A stretch of DNA of 63,581 bases, filler included, from Nemertoderma westbladi (lineage: Eukaryota > Animalia > Xenacoelomorpha): the NCBI GenBank assembly GCA_032718475.1. It is 3 parts of 3 records of this genome, joined end to end, with 100 filler letters (N's around TTAATTAATTAA, not from the genome) between each part and the next. Parts side by side here need not be neighbours in the genome. Positions count along the whole stretch, not along the records: positions 1 to 23,297 come from JAUCBJ010004758.1; 2 more parts are not named here. The stretch is one strand, 5' to 3'. Under the pieces are notes generated by a model. The model made no database searches, was not told where the DNA came from, and saw nothing but the letters and a program-made list of their open reading frames with translations. A program made the translations under genes and the position numbers. The stretch's first letter is position 1. Each line of letters opens with the position of its first letter. Shown here in pieces: positions 1 to 11,372 of the stretch.

Positions 1-1100
1 AGCTATTATTTTACTAAAACAGTAACAGTATAAGTTTGTAAAGACTCCGCCAACTTCGTGGCTCGCCTGACGACATTAATTAATCAAACGATATTAGATA
101 CTACTGATAAATGTAGTAATGAATGCTGATTGGCTATTCGTTTAGCTATTATTATAGGCTGTGCCAGATGGTGTCATATAATCCTTGGCCGGGGGGGGGG
201 GGGGGGGGGGGGGTTGACATATTGTGTAAACCATTTCTATTTTATTGGTTACTAGGGAAACAAACACTGCACTGTTCGCCAACTTTGCTATACAAGGTCC
301 AATATTATTATCATTGCTTAGGCTGAGCTATTGGCAAGAAATATTTATCGTATTTAATATTACGATTATCTGCCTATTGGTTTACAAACACGAATCTTTG
401 ATGTACAATTCTGACGGGTAAATATTAATTTAATCAACATTTATAAAATATTACTGTGATAATATAAATGTTATACCGATATACAAAAATTTATCCTTAT
501 TTAGTGTTTCATAGCGCTTATTTATATATTTTAACTTGTACCTATATAATACTTTTATTGTTTTGGTTAGACATTGTCTGGGTTTAGAAATCAGCGTTTC
601 TGTAACCTGGGTTTTATGTGAAAACCTAACATTTTTCACATGGCGGTAAACTGCAAAGTGAAATATAATAGCAGAAAGTCCGGTAAACATGGGTCTCGAT
701 TTGTACAGATAGTGGTATAAATTGACTGGAAGTGAAATAAAGCCGCGTTTATTGTTTCGATTAGAAAACAGCTCCCCTTAATGTTTTAAATTAAATTAAA
801 TTAATTTTTCAAACCCACTAAACACATAATTGGTGTTTTTGTTCGTTTTGCGCCACTGACTCGATTTTTTAACAGCTCAAACTATATTATAATCATTACT
901 AAGGTTTATATTATTTTACGAAATTATTATTTAAAAGAATAACGTTGTTATATGTTTGCGTAGATATACATAATTAAATGTTGGAAACACTTTGACAACT
1001 TGTTGGTTAGTTCATTGACAATAGTAATCGCTTGATAAATTACGTGCGTACAGCATAAATCAATTCATAACAACATAAACTACAAAGCTTCTTTTATGTT

Positions 1101-3345
1101 ATGGCGGAATCAAACTCATACAAAATTACAGGAGATGGTAAACAATTATGTCTGATAATAAATATTACAGATTATCGCGATACTAAATACCCTGACAGAG
1201 GAGAAGGGTCATCACATGATGTAAAAAACATTAAGGAAATATTTGGAGGCAAGTTGGGTTGTGAGATAGTGGAATATATAGATGAGAAAGGTGAAGTGAA
1301 GAAGTACATAAAAGATGCTGAGTTGATACAATTCCTAACAAAATTTCGTAATCAGGAAGAATTAAAAGACATTGAGTGTCTTTTTGTATTCCTTATGAGT
1401 CATGGAGTTGAGGGTGAGCTTGTTTGTTCTAATGATAGAAAGGTTCCTTTAAGAGATATTGTGGAATTATTCTCAATAAAATGTTTGGCACTAAGCGTCC
1501 CGGTACAAATTCCTCGCATATTCTTTGTAGAAGCCTGTCAATCAAACGATTATCCTGATTTCGAAACAAATTTCGATGATCGCAAATTTGAGGATATAGC
1601 CGTAGCAATCGGTTGTAGGCCAGGAGAATCGTTACCTTTATACGGAGACCAGGGTAGCACTTATATTAATCTTGTCTGTGGAATGGTTGATGATATTATA
1701 TTGAAAAAAACAACCGGTGATGATATTAAAGCGGTGTTTCTGAGATTGAGAAAAACAATCATAAAACATAATGAAATATTATTAGGTAGGCCTACTACTA
1801 AACTACTTGAATCTCATCCACATGTGTTTGATGCTTACTTTAATCCACTACATATTCGAGATTTTATTAAAGAAGATAAAGTGCCAACATGTAATATAAA
1901 AAAATCACCAGAGGAATATCTCCTAGCTTGGGGTGTTCCAAAAGTTCCTAACTATCACATTCCACGTCCAGAATTTGTGGAAAATGTTAGGAGGTGCCTG
2001 ATCGAATTGAACGATCAACCAGGATGGGTTATTATATCAGGAATGCCCGCAATTGGGAAATCTACTTTGGCAATCGATTCAGTAAACGATGAAGTTATTA
2101 TAAACAAATACCCTCATGGTATATTTTGGCAACACATTGGGCCTTTGGGAGTTGGTCCTGTTGACGAGAATGCTCTCGTGCAGAAAATGAAAGAAATTCA
2201 TTTAATGTTAGATGAAGCATCTCATCAGTTAGTCAGCCAGTTGTTCAGTATTAAGAGCTGCACAACTGCTTTAAATAACATTATTAATAAGAAACCTCGT
2301 TGTTTGATATTGTTGGATGATGTTTGGGATAAATTTGTAATCCAAGCTTTTAATATAAGTTGCCCTATAATGGTAACTACTCGAGATATAAAATGCATCC
2401 CTTCAGATTATCCAAATGTATCATATATTTGTGTAAATGATGGGCTAAATGCCGCCCAATCTGAGAAACTACTCAGAATGTGGATAGGCACTGAGTTTAT
2501 AATGTCAGCAGAAGCAAGAAAAGTGATGAGAAAATGTTATGGCTCCCCATTGGCAGTGAATTTGGTTGGAGCTGTAAAAAGAGACAACTCTGAACTAACT
2601 TGGCAAGATATTGACGAATATCTGCCCGAATTAGATGGAACTGATGCTGGTTTGGACTACGATAAATCAATAACTGCCACTATAAAACTTAGTGTTGATT
2701 ATCTAACACCCAAACTTAGAGAACTTTATATTAAACTAGCTGTTTTTGGGCAAGTTGGATGTCACGAATTTACAAGTGAAATAGTTGCTTTTTTGAGTAA
2801 TTCAAATATTGGAGGTACACGATTATCGTTAAATCAACTGGTGAATAAATCACTTCTATCTAATAATTCTGACTCAAAACTTTGGTCTTTACATCCACTG
2901 CTTATGGCGTTTATTGAAAGACAAAAAGAAACAACTGAGACTCATCGGCACTTAGTTAAAAATTATGAACCGTTTAGCCTAAAATTTGGTGTGGATCCAA
3001 AGACATTAGACAAATATATGTTTGAATACCTGGGTAATCATATGGCTAAAGCAAATCTTTGGGAAGAAAGACACCAACTACTAACTAACATTCTTTGGAT
3101 TAAATCAAAGATTATGTTCAGTGGACCTGCGAATCTTATTGCTGATTACGAATTGGCTGACCAGAAACTTTCGGAAGACCAAAAAGCAGAGCAGGAAATA
3201 CTCCGATCGACAATCCGTCGACTATGTGCGAACCTCACTGGGACAGAAAGGTGCGACATAATTCAAGTCGGATTGATGGCTCCAAAAACATCGGGGTTTT
3301 ACATAAAGTCACGGAAAATCGCAGTTCAAGAGTTATACAATGATG
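1101..3345 (+). CDS. Exon 1 of caspase-NB-ARC-WD40 fusion protein (C14 caspase domain plus APAF-1-like NB-ARC, HD1, WHD, HD2)
   Basis: aa 1 to about 250 are caspase-like: LCLIIN..R33..GS..D, FLMSHG (H101, nt 1401-1403), PRIFFVEACQ (C146, nt 1536-1538) and small-subunit-like D..VA...PG....GS.YI. aa about 275-748 are APAF-1-like: GVP..P....R, PGWVIISGMPAIGKS (Walker A), LILLDDVWD (Walker B), VTTRD (sensor I), CYGSPLAV, LVNKSLL, SLHPL, SGPANLIADY, DIIQVGL. In-frame stop at 1068-1070 upstream of the ATG. Donor G|GTAAGT at 3345/3346. Confidence 0.9.
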
Positions 3346-4911
3346 GTAAGTGTGTAAACTAAATAGGTAATATTCTAAAAGTAAATATATGTGAGTGGGA
3401 AACCTTGAGCTGTTTTATATAAATTATCACAATTTATCCCAGTAAGTAACATAATGGTAAGGGTTATGTAAGTTACCCATTACCCGGGTGAGTTGCAACT
3501 CACCAGACTACCAAATACATTGCCATGCCATACAGCCATTCCACATTGCCATATCCTGCCACATAGCAACCTATACCCTCTACCACTCCACATTGCCACG
3601 TCCTGCCACACAACAATCTACCCAACCACTCCACATTGCCAGGTCCTGCCACACAGCAACCTACCCAACCACTCCACATTGCCACGTCCTGCCACACAGT
3701 AACCTACCCAACCACTCCACGTTGCCACGTCCTGCCACACAGCAACCTACCCAACCACTCCACATTGCCACGTCCTGCCACACAGCAACCTACCCAATCA
3801 CTCCACATTGCCACGTCCTGCCACACAGCAACCTTCCCAACCACTCCACATTGCCACGTCCTGCCACACAGTAACCTACCCAACCACTCCACATTGCCAC
3901 GTCCTGCCACACAGCAACCTACCTAACCACTCCACATTGCCACGTCCTGCCACACAGCAACCTACCCAACCACTCTACACTGCCACGTCCTGCCACTCAG
4001 CAACCTACCCAACCACTCCACATTGCCACGCCCTGCCACACAGCAACCTACCCAACCACTCCACATTGCCACGTCCTGCCACACAGCAACCTACCCAATC
4101 ACTCCACATTGCCACGTCCTGCCACACAGCAACCTTCCCAACCACTCCACATTGCCACGTCCTGCCACACAGCAACCTACCCAACCACTCTACACTGCCA
4201 CGTCCTGCCACACAGCAACCTACCCAACCACTCTACACTGCCACGTCCTGCCACACAGCAACCTTCCCAACCACTCCACATTGCCACGTCCTGCCACACA
4301 GTAACCTACCCAACCACTCCACATTGCCACGTCCTGCCACACAGCAACCTACCTAACCACTCCACATTGCCACGTCCTGCCACACAGTAACCTACCCAAC
4401 CACTCCACATTGCCATGTCCTGCCACATAGCAACTTTCCCAACCACTCCACATTGCTATGTCCTGCCACACAGCAACCTACCCAACCACTCCACATTGCC
4501 ACGTCCTGCCACACAGCAACTTTCCCAACCACTCCACATTGCCACGTCCTGCCACACAGCAACCTACCCAACCACTCCACATTGCCACGTCCTGCCACAC
4601 AGCAACCTACCCAACCAATCCACATTGCCACGTCCTGTCACACAGCAACCTACCCAACCACTCCACATTGCCACGTCCTGCCACACAGCAACCTACCCAA
4701 CCACTCCACATTGCCACGTCCTGCCACACAGCAACCTACCCAACCACTCTACACTGCCACGTCCTGCCACACAGCAACTTTCCCAACCACTCCACATTGC
4801 CACGTCCTGCCACACAGCCACCCGCGTGGTAAGTAGTTTTCACTACCCGGGCCGGGTGCAAATAGGCCACATTCAGCCACCGTACTGATTAGTTTATGTT
4901 ATTATTTGCAG
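3346..4911 (+). other. Phase-1 GT-AG intron of the caspase-APAF-1-like gene
   Basis: GTAAGT at 3346, branch-like TACTGAT at about 4883, T-rich tract and TTTGCAG ending 4911. G(3345)+AA(4912-4913) gives GAA in the frame of the downstream ORF. The junction QELYND|ENKLYLDLCN matches the APAF-1 HD2-WD40 linker (KQEVDNGMLYLEWIN). Confidence 0.88.
3500..4820. repeat. Intronic 43-bp minisatellite, about 30 copies
   Basis: Unit CCACTCCACATTGCCACGTCCTGCCACACAGCAACCTACCCAA repeated head-to-tail with point variants; no unique spacers. Confidence 0.95.
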
Positions 4912-7298
4912 AAAATAAACTTTATTTAGATCTCTGCAACTCAATCAATAGAACAGAAGATGAAACAGATAAAACCTTATCGATGAAGTTACCATGGAGT
5001 GGATTACTGGAGGATTACGAGACCCGGTTGACGTATGGAATTCAGTTCTCTGCTGATGGAAAAACGATTCTAGTTTACGTAGATAATAAGTTAATAATTT
5101 GCGATGCTGCCAGTGGCAAGAAGATTCTCACAGAAGATAAAATTAATATCAATCCATCGTTATATCTGTATGATGCAAAATTATCGGCTGATGGAAGAAG
5201 AATATGTTACCGAACTTTAGATGGTTTTATTCATATTCGGAATTCAACTGATGGAAAATTAATATTCGAATATTTTGATTCCCATTCGGTAATAAAGGAG
5301 GAAGATTTAATCAATAAAACGTCATGTCAACTAACAAACAGTATAAATTTTCATCCAATTGATTCAAATATATTATGTTTCTCGTCCAACAATGGGACTA
5401 TCACTTGTATCAATACGGAGATCCACGACTCCCCTATAACTAGGGAGGCCCACTCCCCTATCATCGTACTTCCAATTCCTCCAGCTGACCCAGATCTGAA
5501 CTCTTTTTATTCTCGTCTAAAAAGCCTCATTCCCATTCCCACCCATCTTATTGGAGTTTCATTCTCACCAACAGCTCAAATTCTAATAACCTACTCCACT
5601 CACCGAACTCGAACTCCGGAGGTTAAAATTTGGGATTTTATGAATTTGTCTTCACTAGAAAAGCCATTTAAAGTGTTCAGTGGATTTGGTATAGAATGTC
5701 TAGATTGGGTTGCGGACGATAGACTAATTATAGGTTACAAAGAGTCGGGGGAGTTACATGTAGATTTTTGGAACTTATTGGCTGGTGGGCAGAAGATATG
5801 GGAGCAGAGATTTACCAGCGACTTATACAGCTATAAGCTCCAACTACAAGGGATTAAATACCTCGGAGATGTGGATCGCGTTCTTATAATAACCGGATAC
5901 CCATTAGTGGGGCGATCGGGTGCGAAACTACTGGATGGTAAAACAGGAGAACTAACCCACCGAATGGCAACCGGTACAATCGGACTGGTTAGGTTGACAT
6001 CCAGCCGCGCTGATGTAACTCATTCTGGTAAGTTTATATGTTACTGTAACATTGGGTCCGATACTGTAACACTAAACATTCGCAGCGTCAGTACGGAATT
6101 GTCCAGCGGTGGTAAACCAACTGGATATGGGGGGGTTCGAGCTGTTCTAGATACGGAACCGGTTACTATAGCAGCGATAGCGGGGGACTCCCTCCATATA
6201 ATGGATATGGAAGGGAATATTAAACTAAATAAAGACGAAGAGAGTCAGATAACTTCGTTAACTGGAATAGAAAACCAACCTGTTTTTGCTTACGGGTGTC
6301 GCAATGGAATTATACGGGTTTATAATAATAATAAATTTATTACTTTACCAACAACGTCTACTGAACGTGTAGAGGAATTAGTTTTTGTTGCTCCATCGAA
6401 CTATTTAGTTAGTATAGCGGCTGATAAACTCAGTGTGTGGAATTATAAAGAGTCGGCTGATTCAGGTTTACTTGGAAATTTGTACAAATGGTTTTTTGAA
6501 AAACCGTGTAAATTACTCCGTAGTTTAGTTCCAAATCCGGAGTTTAAGATTAGTAGGTTAGTAGCATTAAACTGTAACAATACAGTAGCAACTCTAGATG
6601 AGAGCGGTAAATTAGTTCTTACCGATATATTAACTGGGAAACATTCGGTTGTTGATTATAAATTCCCAAAGGGTTGTAGGTTGGTATTTTTAACTGATTC
6701 TAGAATTATTCTTGTGCTTGGGTTAAGTAACACTGAGTTATTCATAATAAATGAATTGGTACATAGTTCTAGTTGGTTAGTAGAAGTAACTGTCGCCGGA
6801 TTACCAGTTACTAAGTTAGGAAGTTTCAATTTGTTCACATTCTCTCCCAACAGCTCCTATATAGCCGTAGGAAAGGGTTCCATTGTACTAATTTATACTA
6901 AAGACGGAATTCAGTTTCCTATAAATAATAAAACTTTAAATAAAAATGAATTAGATTTGATCAGCGAAACGACTAATTGGGTTATTCAATTATCTATTAT
7001 TACTAACTCTAATTACCAACCTACGGCTATAATAAACACTGGAGATGGGAACAGAGCGGTGAACTTTGTAAACAAAGATTGTGATACGATTATTATTACA
7101 GGCGATTTAAATATTTCGTTATTTTCAGTTAAAGGTGAATTGTTACAAAGAATTCCTATAAGAGCTGGTGGATATTTGAATAATTTCAGCTGTTCTTTAA
7201 ACTCATTGAAGTTTGTAGTTGTTGGTGATGATGGTACTATTTATATGTTTAAACATTTAATTAGCTGGCTGCCTCTTATTCGTCGTCTGCTGGACTAG
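4912..7298 (+). CDS. Exon 2 of caspase-NB-ARC-WD40 fusion protein (degenerate WD40 beta-propellers, about 795 aa)
   Basis: WD40-type strands: IQFSADGKTILVY..KLIICDA, AKLSADGRRI...DGFIHIRN, INFHP, VSFSPTAQIL..VKIWDF, YGCRNGIIRVYN, DKLSVWNY, TFSPNSSYIAVG, VVGDDGTIYMF. Stop TAG at 7296-7298. Confidence 0.85.
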
Positions 7299-7378
7299 AT
7301 GGAGCTTCAGTTGAGTTTGGAGTATAATTAATTCTTGAAAAAAGCGACATGCTGCTGTCAGGGGGTCCATCATAAGTT

Positions 7379-7604
7379 AAATAAATACCAATATATAAGG
7401 GTCTTCCCCAACGGTAAAAAAATAATTTAATTAATTTAAGTGAGTACTTTCTGGCCTAGGCCTTTCTTCAGACTCTATATAAACTATATAGAGTTTATAT
7501 GTTTATATAGAGTCTGAAGAAAGGCCTAGGCCAGAAAGTACTCACTTAAATTAATTAAATTATTTTTTACCGTTGGGAAGACCCTTATCGATTTGTATTT
7601 ATTT
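7379..7604. mobile_element. 226-bp foldback MITE (near-perfect hairpin) with 5-bp TSD AAGTT
   Basis: Arms 7379-7484 and 7501-7604 are near-perfect reverse complements; AAGTT at 7374-7378 and 7605-7609. Confidence 0.85.
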
Positions 7605-7609
7605 AAGTT

Positions 7610-7860
7610 GCAGACCTGGCAGAGGCTAGAAAGCTCGATAAGTACAAGGAGCTATGCTATCTAATAGTTATATTGTGCAACCAGTTGCTTTTGAAACCCT
7701 GGGTGGTATTGGCCCATGCTCCTTGGCATTTCTCCGAGAGGTTGGTAGACACATTTAGAGTAGCACAGGAAACAAACGTGCCACTGAATTTCTTCGTCTA
7801 CGAATTGGGATCTGTGCTCAGATCGGCAATGTCTCCAGCGTGACAGAATCTTTCGGTTTG
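7610..7860 (+). mobile_element. Decayed 3' fragment of a CRE/R2-type non-LTR retrotransposon (REL endonuclease C-terminus)
   Basis: Frameshifted translation ADLAEARKLDKYKEL/SNSYIVQPVAFETLGGIGPCSLAFLREVGRHI*SSTGNKRATEFLRLRIGICAQIGNV fits the K..KY...P.A.ET.G..G....RLS...Q.GN pattern. Confidence 0.7.
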
Positions 7861-9242
7861 GGCGAAACGGAGGGGTACAGGGAGAGACAGGGGAGGCACC
7901 TCTAGAGCAGACTGTTGATTCACCCTAAACGTCGTTGCTCTACTTGTTTTTCTTCAGTTTTTCCTAAATTGTAGTAGTCCTATTCTGTTGTTGTTTTCTT
8001 TTTAATGATACAATAGTGAACATAATGTTTGTCAAAATATGTTGTTTTATCGTTTGTCCAATTTTATTGTGGTTTTATCGGTTCTATAGTCTGTCCAATT
8101 TTGTTGTTATTTTTAGGTCCATAGTTAGTCCAAATTTGTTGATGTTTTATTGGCTCTATAGTTTGCCCAAATTAGTTTAATTAGTTTCACATCTATAATA
8201 TATAATATATTAACCTTTAAAAAAAATAAAAATTTTGATTAATTAATTATTATGTTATTATTATATCTATTGACATTTGATACTAAATTTTTCGCAGGAA
8301 GATATAAACTTTCAATGCAAATTACTAGGAATAATTATTTCTCGTCATTTGTGCAAATCAAAATGCTAATTCAAACAGCTCAACTCGCAATCCATTAATT
8401 TTGTTAACTAATATAATAATTAAGTCCATACAGGTGGTTTAATTATTATATTAAAAATCAATTCAATTATTGCATATATATTAATTTGTTATAATAATTT
8501 AAAATTTCAGAACCAATAACTGGACTTTAAATGGGTATATCAACAGATCAGGGAAAGTTTCTTAAGAATCCTGTAAATTATTTAGGATAATTTTCTGTGG
8601 ATATTTTTTCATTTAAACTGCAGATAATTAACATTTTATTTTCTTTCCAAACTGGTAGCTGTTTATATTAAATAATGAACATTTATATATTCCCTTTTAG
8701 CAGAGTAAACTGCACTTTGGGGGCCGTTTCCCAGGTTGCGGATCGGGATAACATTTCACACATCGCACGATTTGTGATTGTTACAGTAATTAGAGTCTCA
8801 AACTGAAAGAATCGTTTTAAATTTTTAAGTTTCCATTTTTAATATTAATTATTTAATTGGTAGTGCTGTTGTTGATAATTTAATATTTGTGAAATTTGCA
8901 ATTTATTGTGTATTTCCTTTTTATATAAATTATTAAATATTTTCAAAATTTATTGTGTCGCATAAACACTAAGGTCGACGTTATTAGATAATTAATTTTA
9001 CATTGAACGTTATTTGCGACAAATCAATATACAATATTTGAATCCAGAATTAGTTGTCCTACATTTTGTATTTTAGTATATTTTTTTTACACAACTGCGC
9101 AGATCCGAAGTTATGAATCAATGAGATAAAATTATTGGGAATAAATCTAATTTTGAGTTCGGCGGATAAAATATATAAAGTTATCTAAAAGCTCATAACC
9201 GTGAACGCGATACTCACTGAAAGCAACCCAGAGGCTCACCAA

Positions 9243-9460
9243 TCTTGGCTGTTATCTGTAAGGCAGAGAGGGCTCCACACTTACTCCCAATGTTGAATAC
9301 TCATCACTAGCCAACCTCTTTCTTTACTCCCCCCAGATTTCAGGTTCCCATATCGCCGTACTGACGTACCAGTTACGAAATTGAAACTGATTCAGCCCGG
9401 GTTCGAACTCGGGATCTCGGATATAGAGGAGAATAAAGTAACTACTCTACAAGCTAGACA
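9243..9460 (-). mobile_element. tRNA-derived SINE copy 1
   Basis: Minus strand has B-box GAGTTCGAACCC followed by a body (CAATTTCGTAACTGG...GAGTATTCAAC.TTGGGAGT.AGTGTGG) homologous to 9712-9928. Confidence 0.65.
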
Positions 9461-9711
9461 GATTGCAGATACGGAAGTAAATGGAATAATAAAGTTGTGT
9501 GTGTGATTATCTGGCGGCGATGTGCTGCCTACGGCAAGTATTGAATCAATTACGGTTGGGGTTATTTAATACCTGGCGGCAACATACTCCACGGCAAGTC
9601 CAATTATTGTAACATTATATATAGAGTATGTAGTCGGGGTAATATGTATCGAAGTTGGATTCTATACGGGGTTATAAGATTGATAAATATTTATCTAGTA
9701 ACCCCTTCACC

Positions 9712-9928
9712 ATGGTGACTAGTGAATGAGTCCCTCATTTGATCTCCAGCTGGGAGGTTCCGTGTTTGATTCCGGGTCAGGTCAGTTACAATTTCGTAAC
9801 TGGAAAGTCGAAGCAGCGATAAGGGAACATGGGATCCGTGGGGACTGAGGAATGGGGTTGGATGGTGAGAGTATTCAACTTTGGGAGTTAGTGTGGCGAC
9901 CCCTCTAACTTTCAGGTAACTGCCAAGA
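9712..9928 (+). mobile_element. tRNA-derived SINE copy 2 (same family, opposite orientation)
   Basis: B-box-like GTTTGATTCC at about 9763 and the same body as copy 1. Confidence 0.65.
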
Positions 9929-10959
9929 GAGAGAAGTCTCGTTTTATCGTCCTTTGTTTTCTTATAATTGCCAGTTATTGATAAAAACGTCGAATTACTT
10001 CGTAAATTAATTAATTAATTTTCAGCCGGAATAAAAATTAATAATATTGTTTAAAAATGGGTTTGTTTCAGATACCAATATATAATATTGTGGTATAACT
10101 ATAAATAACAATTCGGTTTTAGGTTCAGCGCTGTTGCAACTCAGTTATTATTATACTACAAGTTAATGTTATATTTTGTTTATGTTTGTTTGTAAATGTA
10201 ACTGATATATTTGATTAAAGTTTAATCTGAAAATGAATTGATTTATTTAGTTTCATTTATAGAAAGATAAGATTACACGAAATAATTGTCATGGTGGTAA
10301 CCATAGAATAATATCTTTTTAACCTTCTATCTCCCAGTGTTCCCAATTGGGATCAGTTTTCAACTGGAGGAAATTTAATTTAGGCTTATGTTACTTTTTT
10401 TTAATGTTAATATGTTTAGGAAGAGTGGAATATTGTTTTTAATTTTCAACTTCAAATGTTTTTAAACTTCAAGTTGGTCTTTGGGCATGCCAAATTATGC
10501 AAATTCTCATTTTTTTCGATTTTTGGGAAATGCAAACAATATTGGTCAAAACGTTACAAATTTGATATTCCAAACCAGCGATGGAGACATTAAAATTAGG
10601 TTTTTAAATAACATCACATTATTATTTGAAAAAAAAATTCAGAAAACGACTATATAATGACTATAGAATATCAAAAATTTTAAAATTATTTTACTCAATG
10701 TATTACTCTAAAAAAAATCATTTAAAATTACATAACGAATATGTAGGCCCTATTTGTATCCTGCTGTATCAAAAACGACCAGCTATTTATTGTCCCATTT
10801 GGGAACACTATGGGAACGTATTTCTGCTCTAAAGCAATATACAGTAGTAAAACTCAACCAAATACTGTTGGACATTGGATGTAGGTAGGACGAATGCAAT
10901 ATGTATAGCTGAAATAAACCTTATTATGCAATTTTTGTCCCATTTGGGAACAATTTTTG

Positions 10960-11372
10960 GTGGATAGGCTCGGCTCGGGACGCGAGAATAGCTCTAATTG
11001 AGCGCAGTAGGGCGTGTTGGCTCTGCTCGGGCTGCTTGAATAGATCTAATGGAGCGCAGTAGGGCATGTTGGCTGGGCTCAGGGCGGGAGAATATATCTA
11101 ATGGGACGCAGTTTGGTGTGTTGGATTGGCTCAGGGCGTGAGAATAGATCTAATGGAGCGCAGTTTAGGGCGTGTTGGCTGGGCTCAGGGCGTGAGAATA
11201 GATCTAATGGAGCGCAGTTTAGGGCGTGTTGGCTGGGCTCAGGGCGGGAGAATATATCTAATGGGGCGCAGTATGGTGTGTTGGATCGGCTCAGGGTGCG
11301 AGAATAGATCTAATTGAGCTCAGTAGGGCATGTTGGATCGGCTCAGGGCTCGAAAATATATCTAATGGAGCA
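10960..11372. repeat. About 57-59-bp tandem repeat (about 7 copies), probably inside a non-autonomous DNA transposon
   Basis: Unit GGCGTGTTGGCTGGGCTCAGGGCGTGAGAATAGATCTAATGGAGCGCAGT(TT)AG; dispersed T(T)CCCAWWTGGGA palindromes at about 10340, 10793, 10938 and 11574. Confidence 0.85.

Noticed and set aside
3488-4888. Many His/Pro/Thr-rich ORFs; CRISPR-like appearance
   Set aside because: Translations of a 43-bp head-to-tail intronic minisatellite; no unique spacers, no cas genes, eukaryotic context.
4896-7298. Stand-alone 800-aa WD40 gene starting at ATG 4896
   Set aside because: That ATG lies in the acceptor's T-rich tract; splice phase and APAF-1 colinearity join this ORF to the upstream one.
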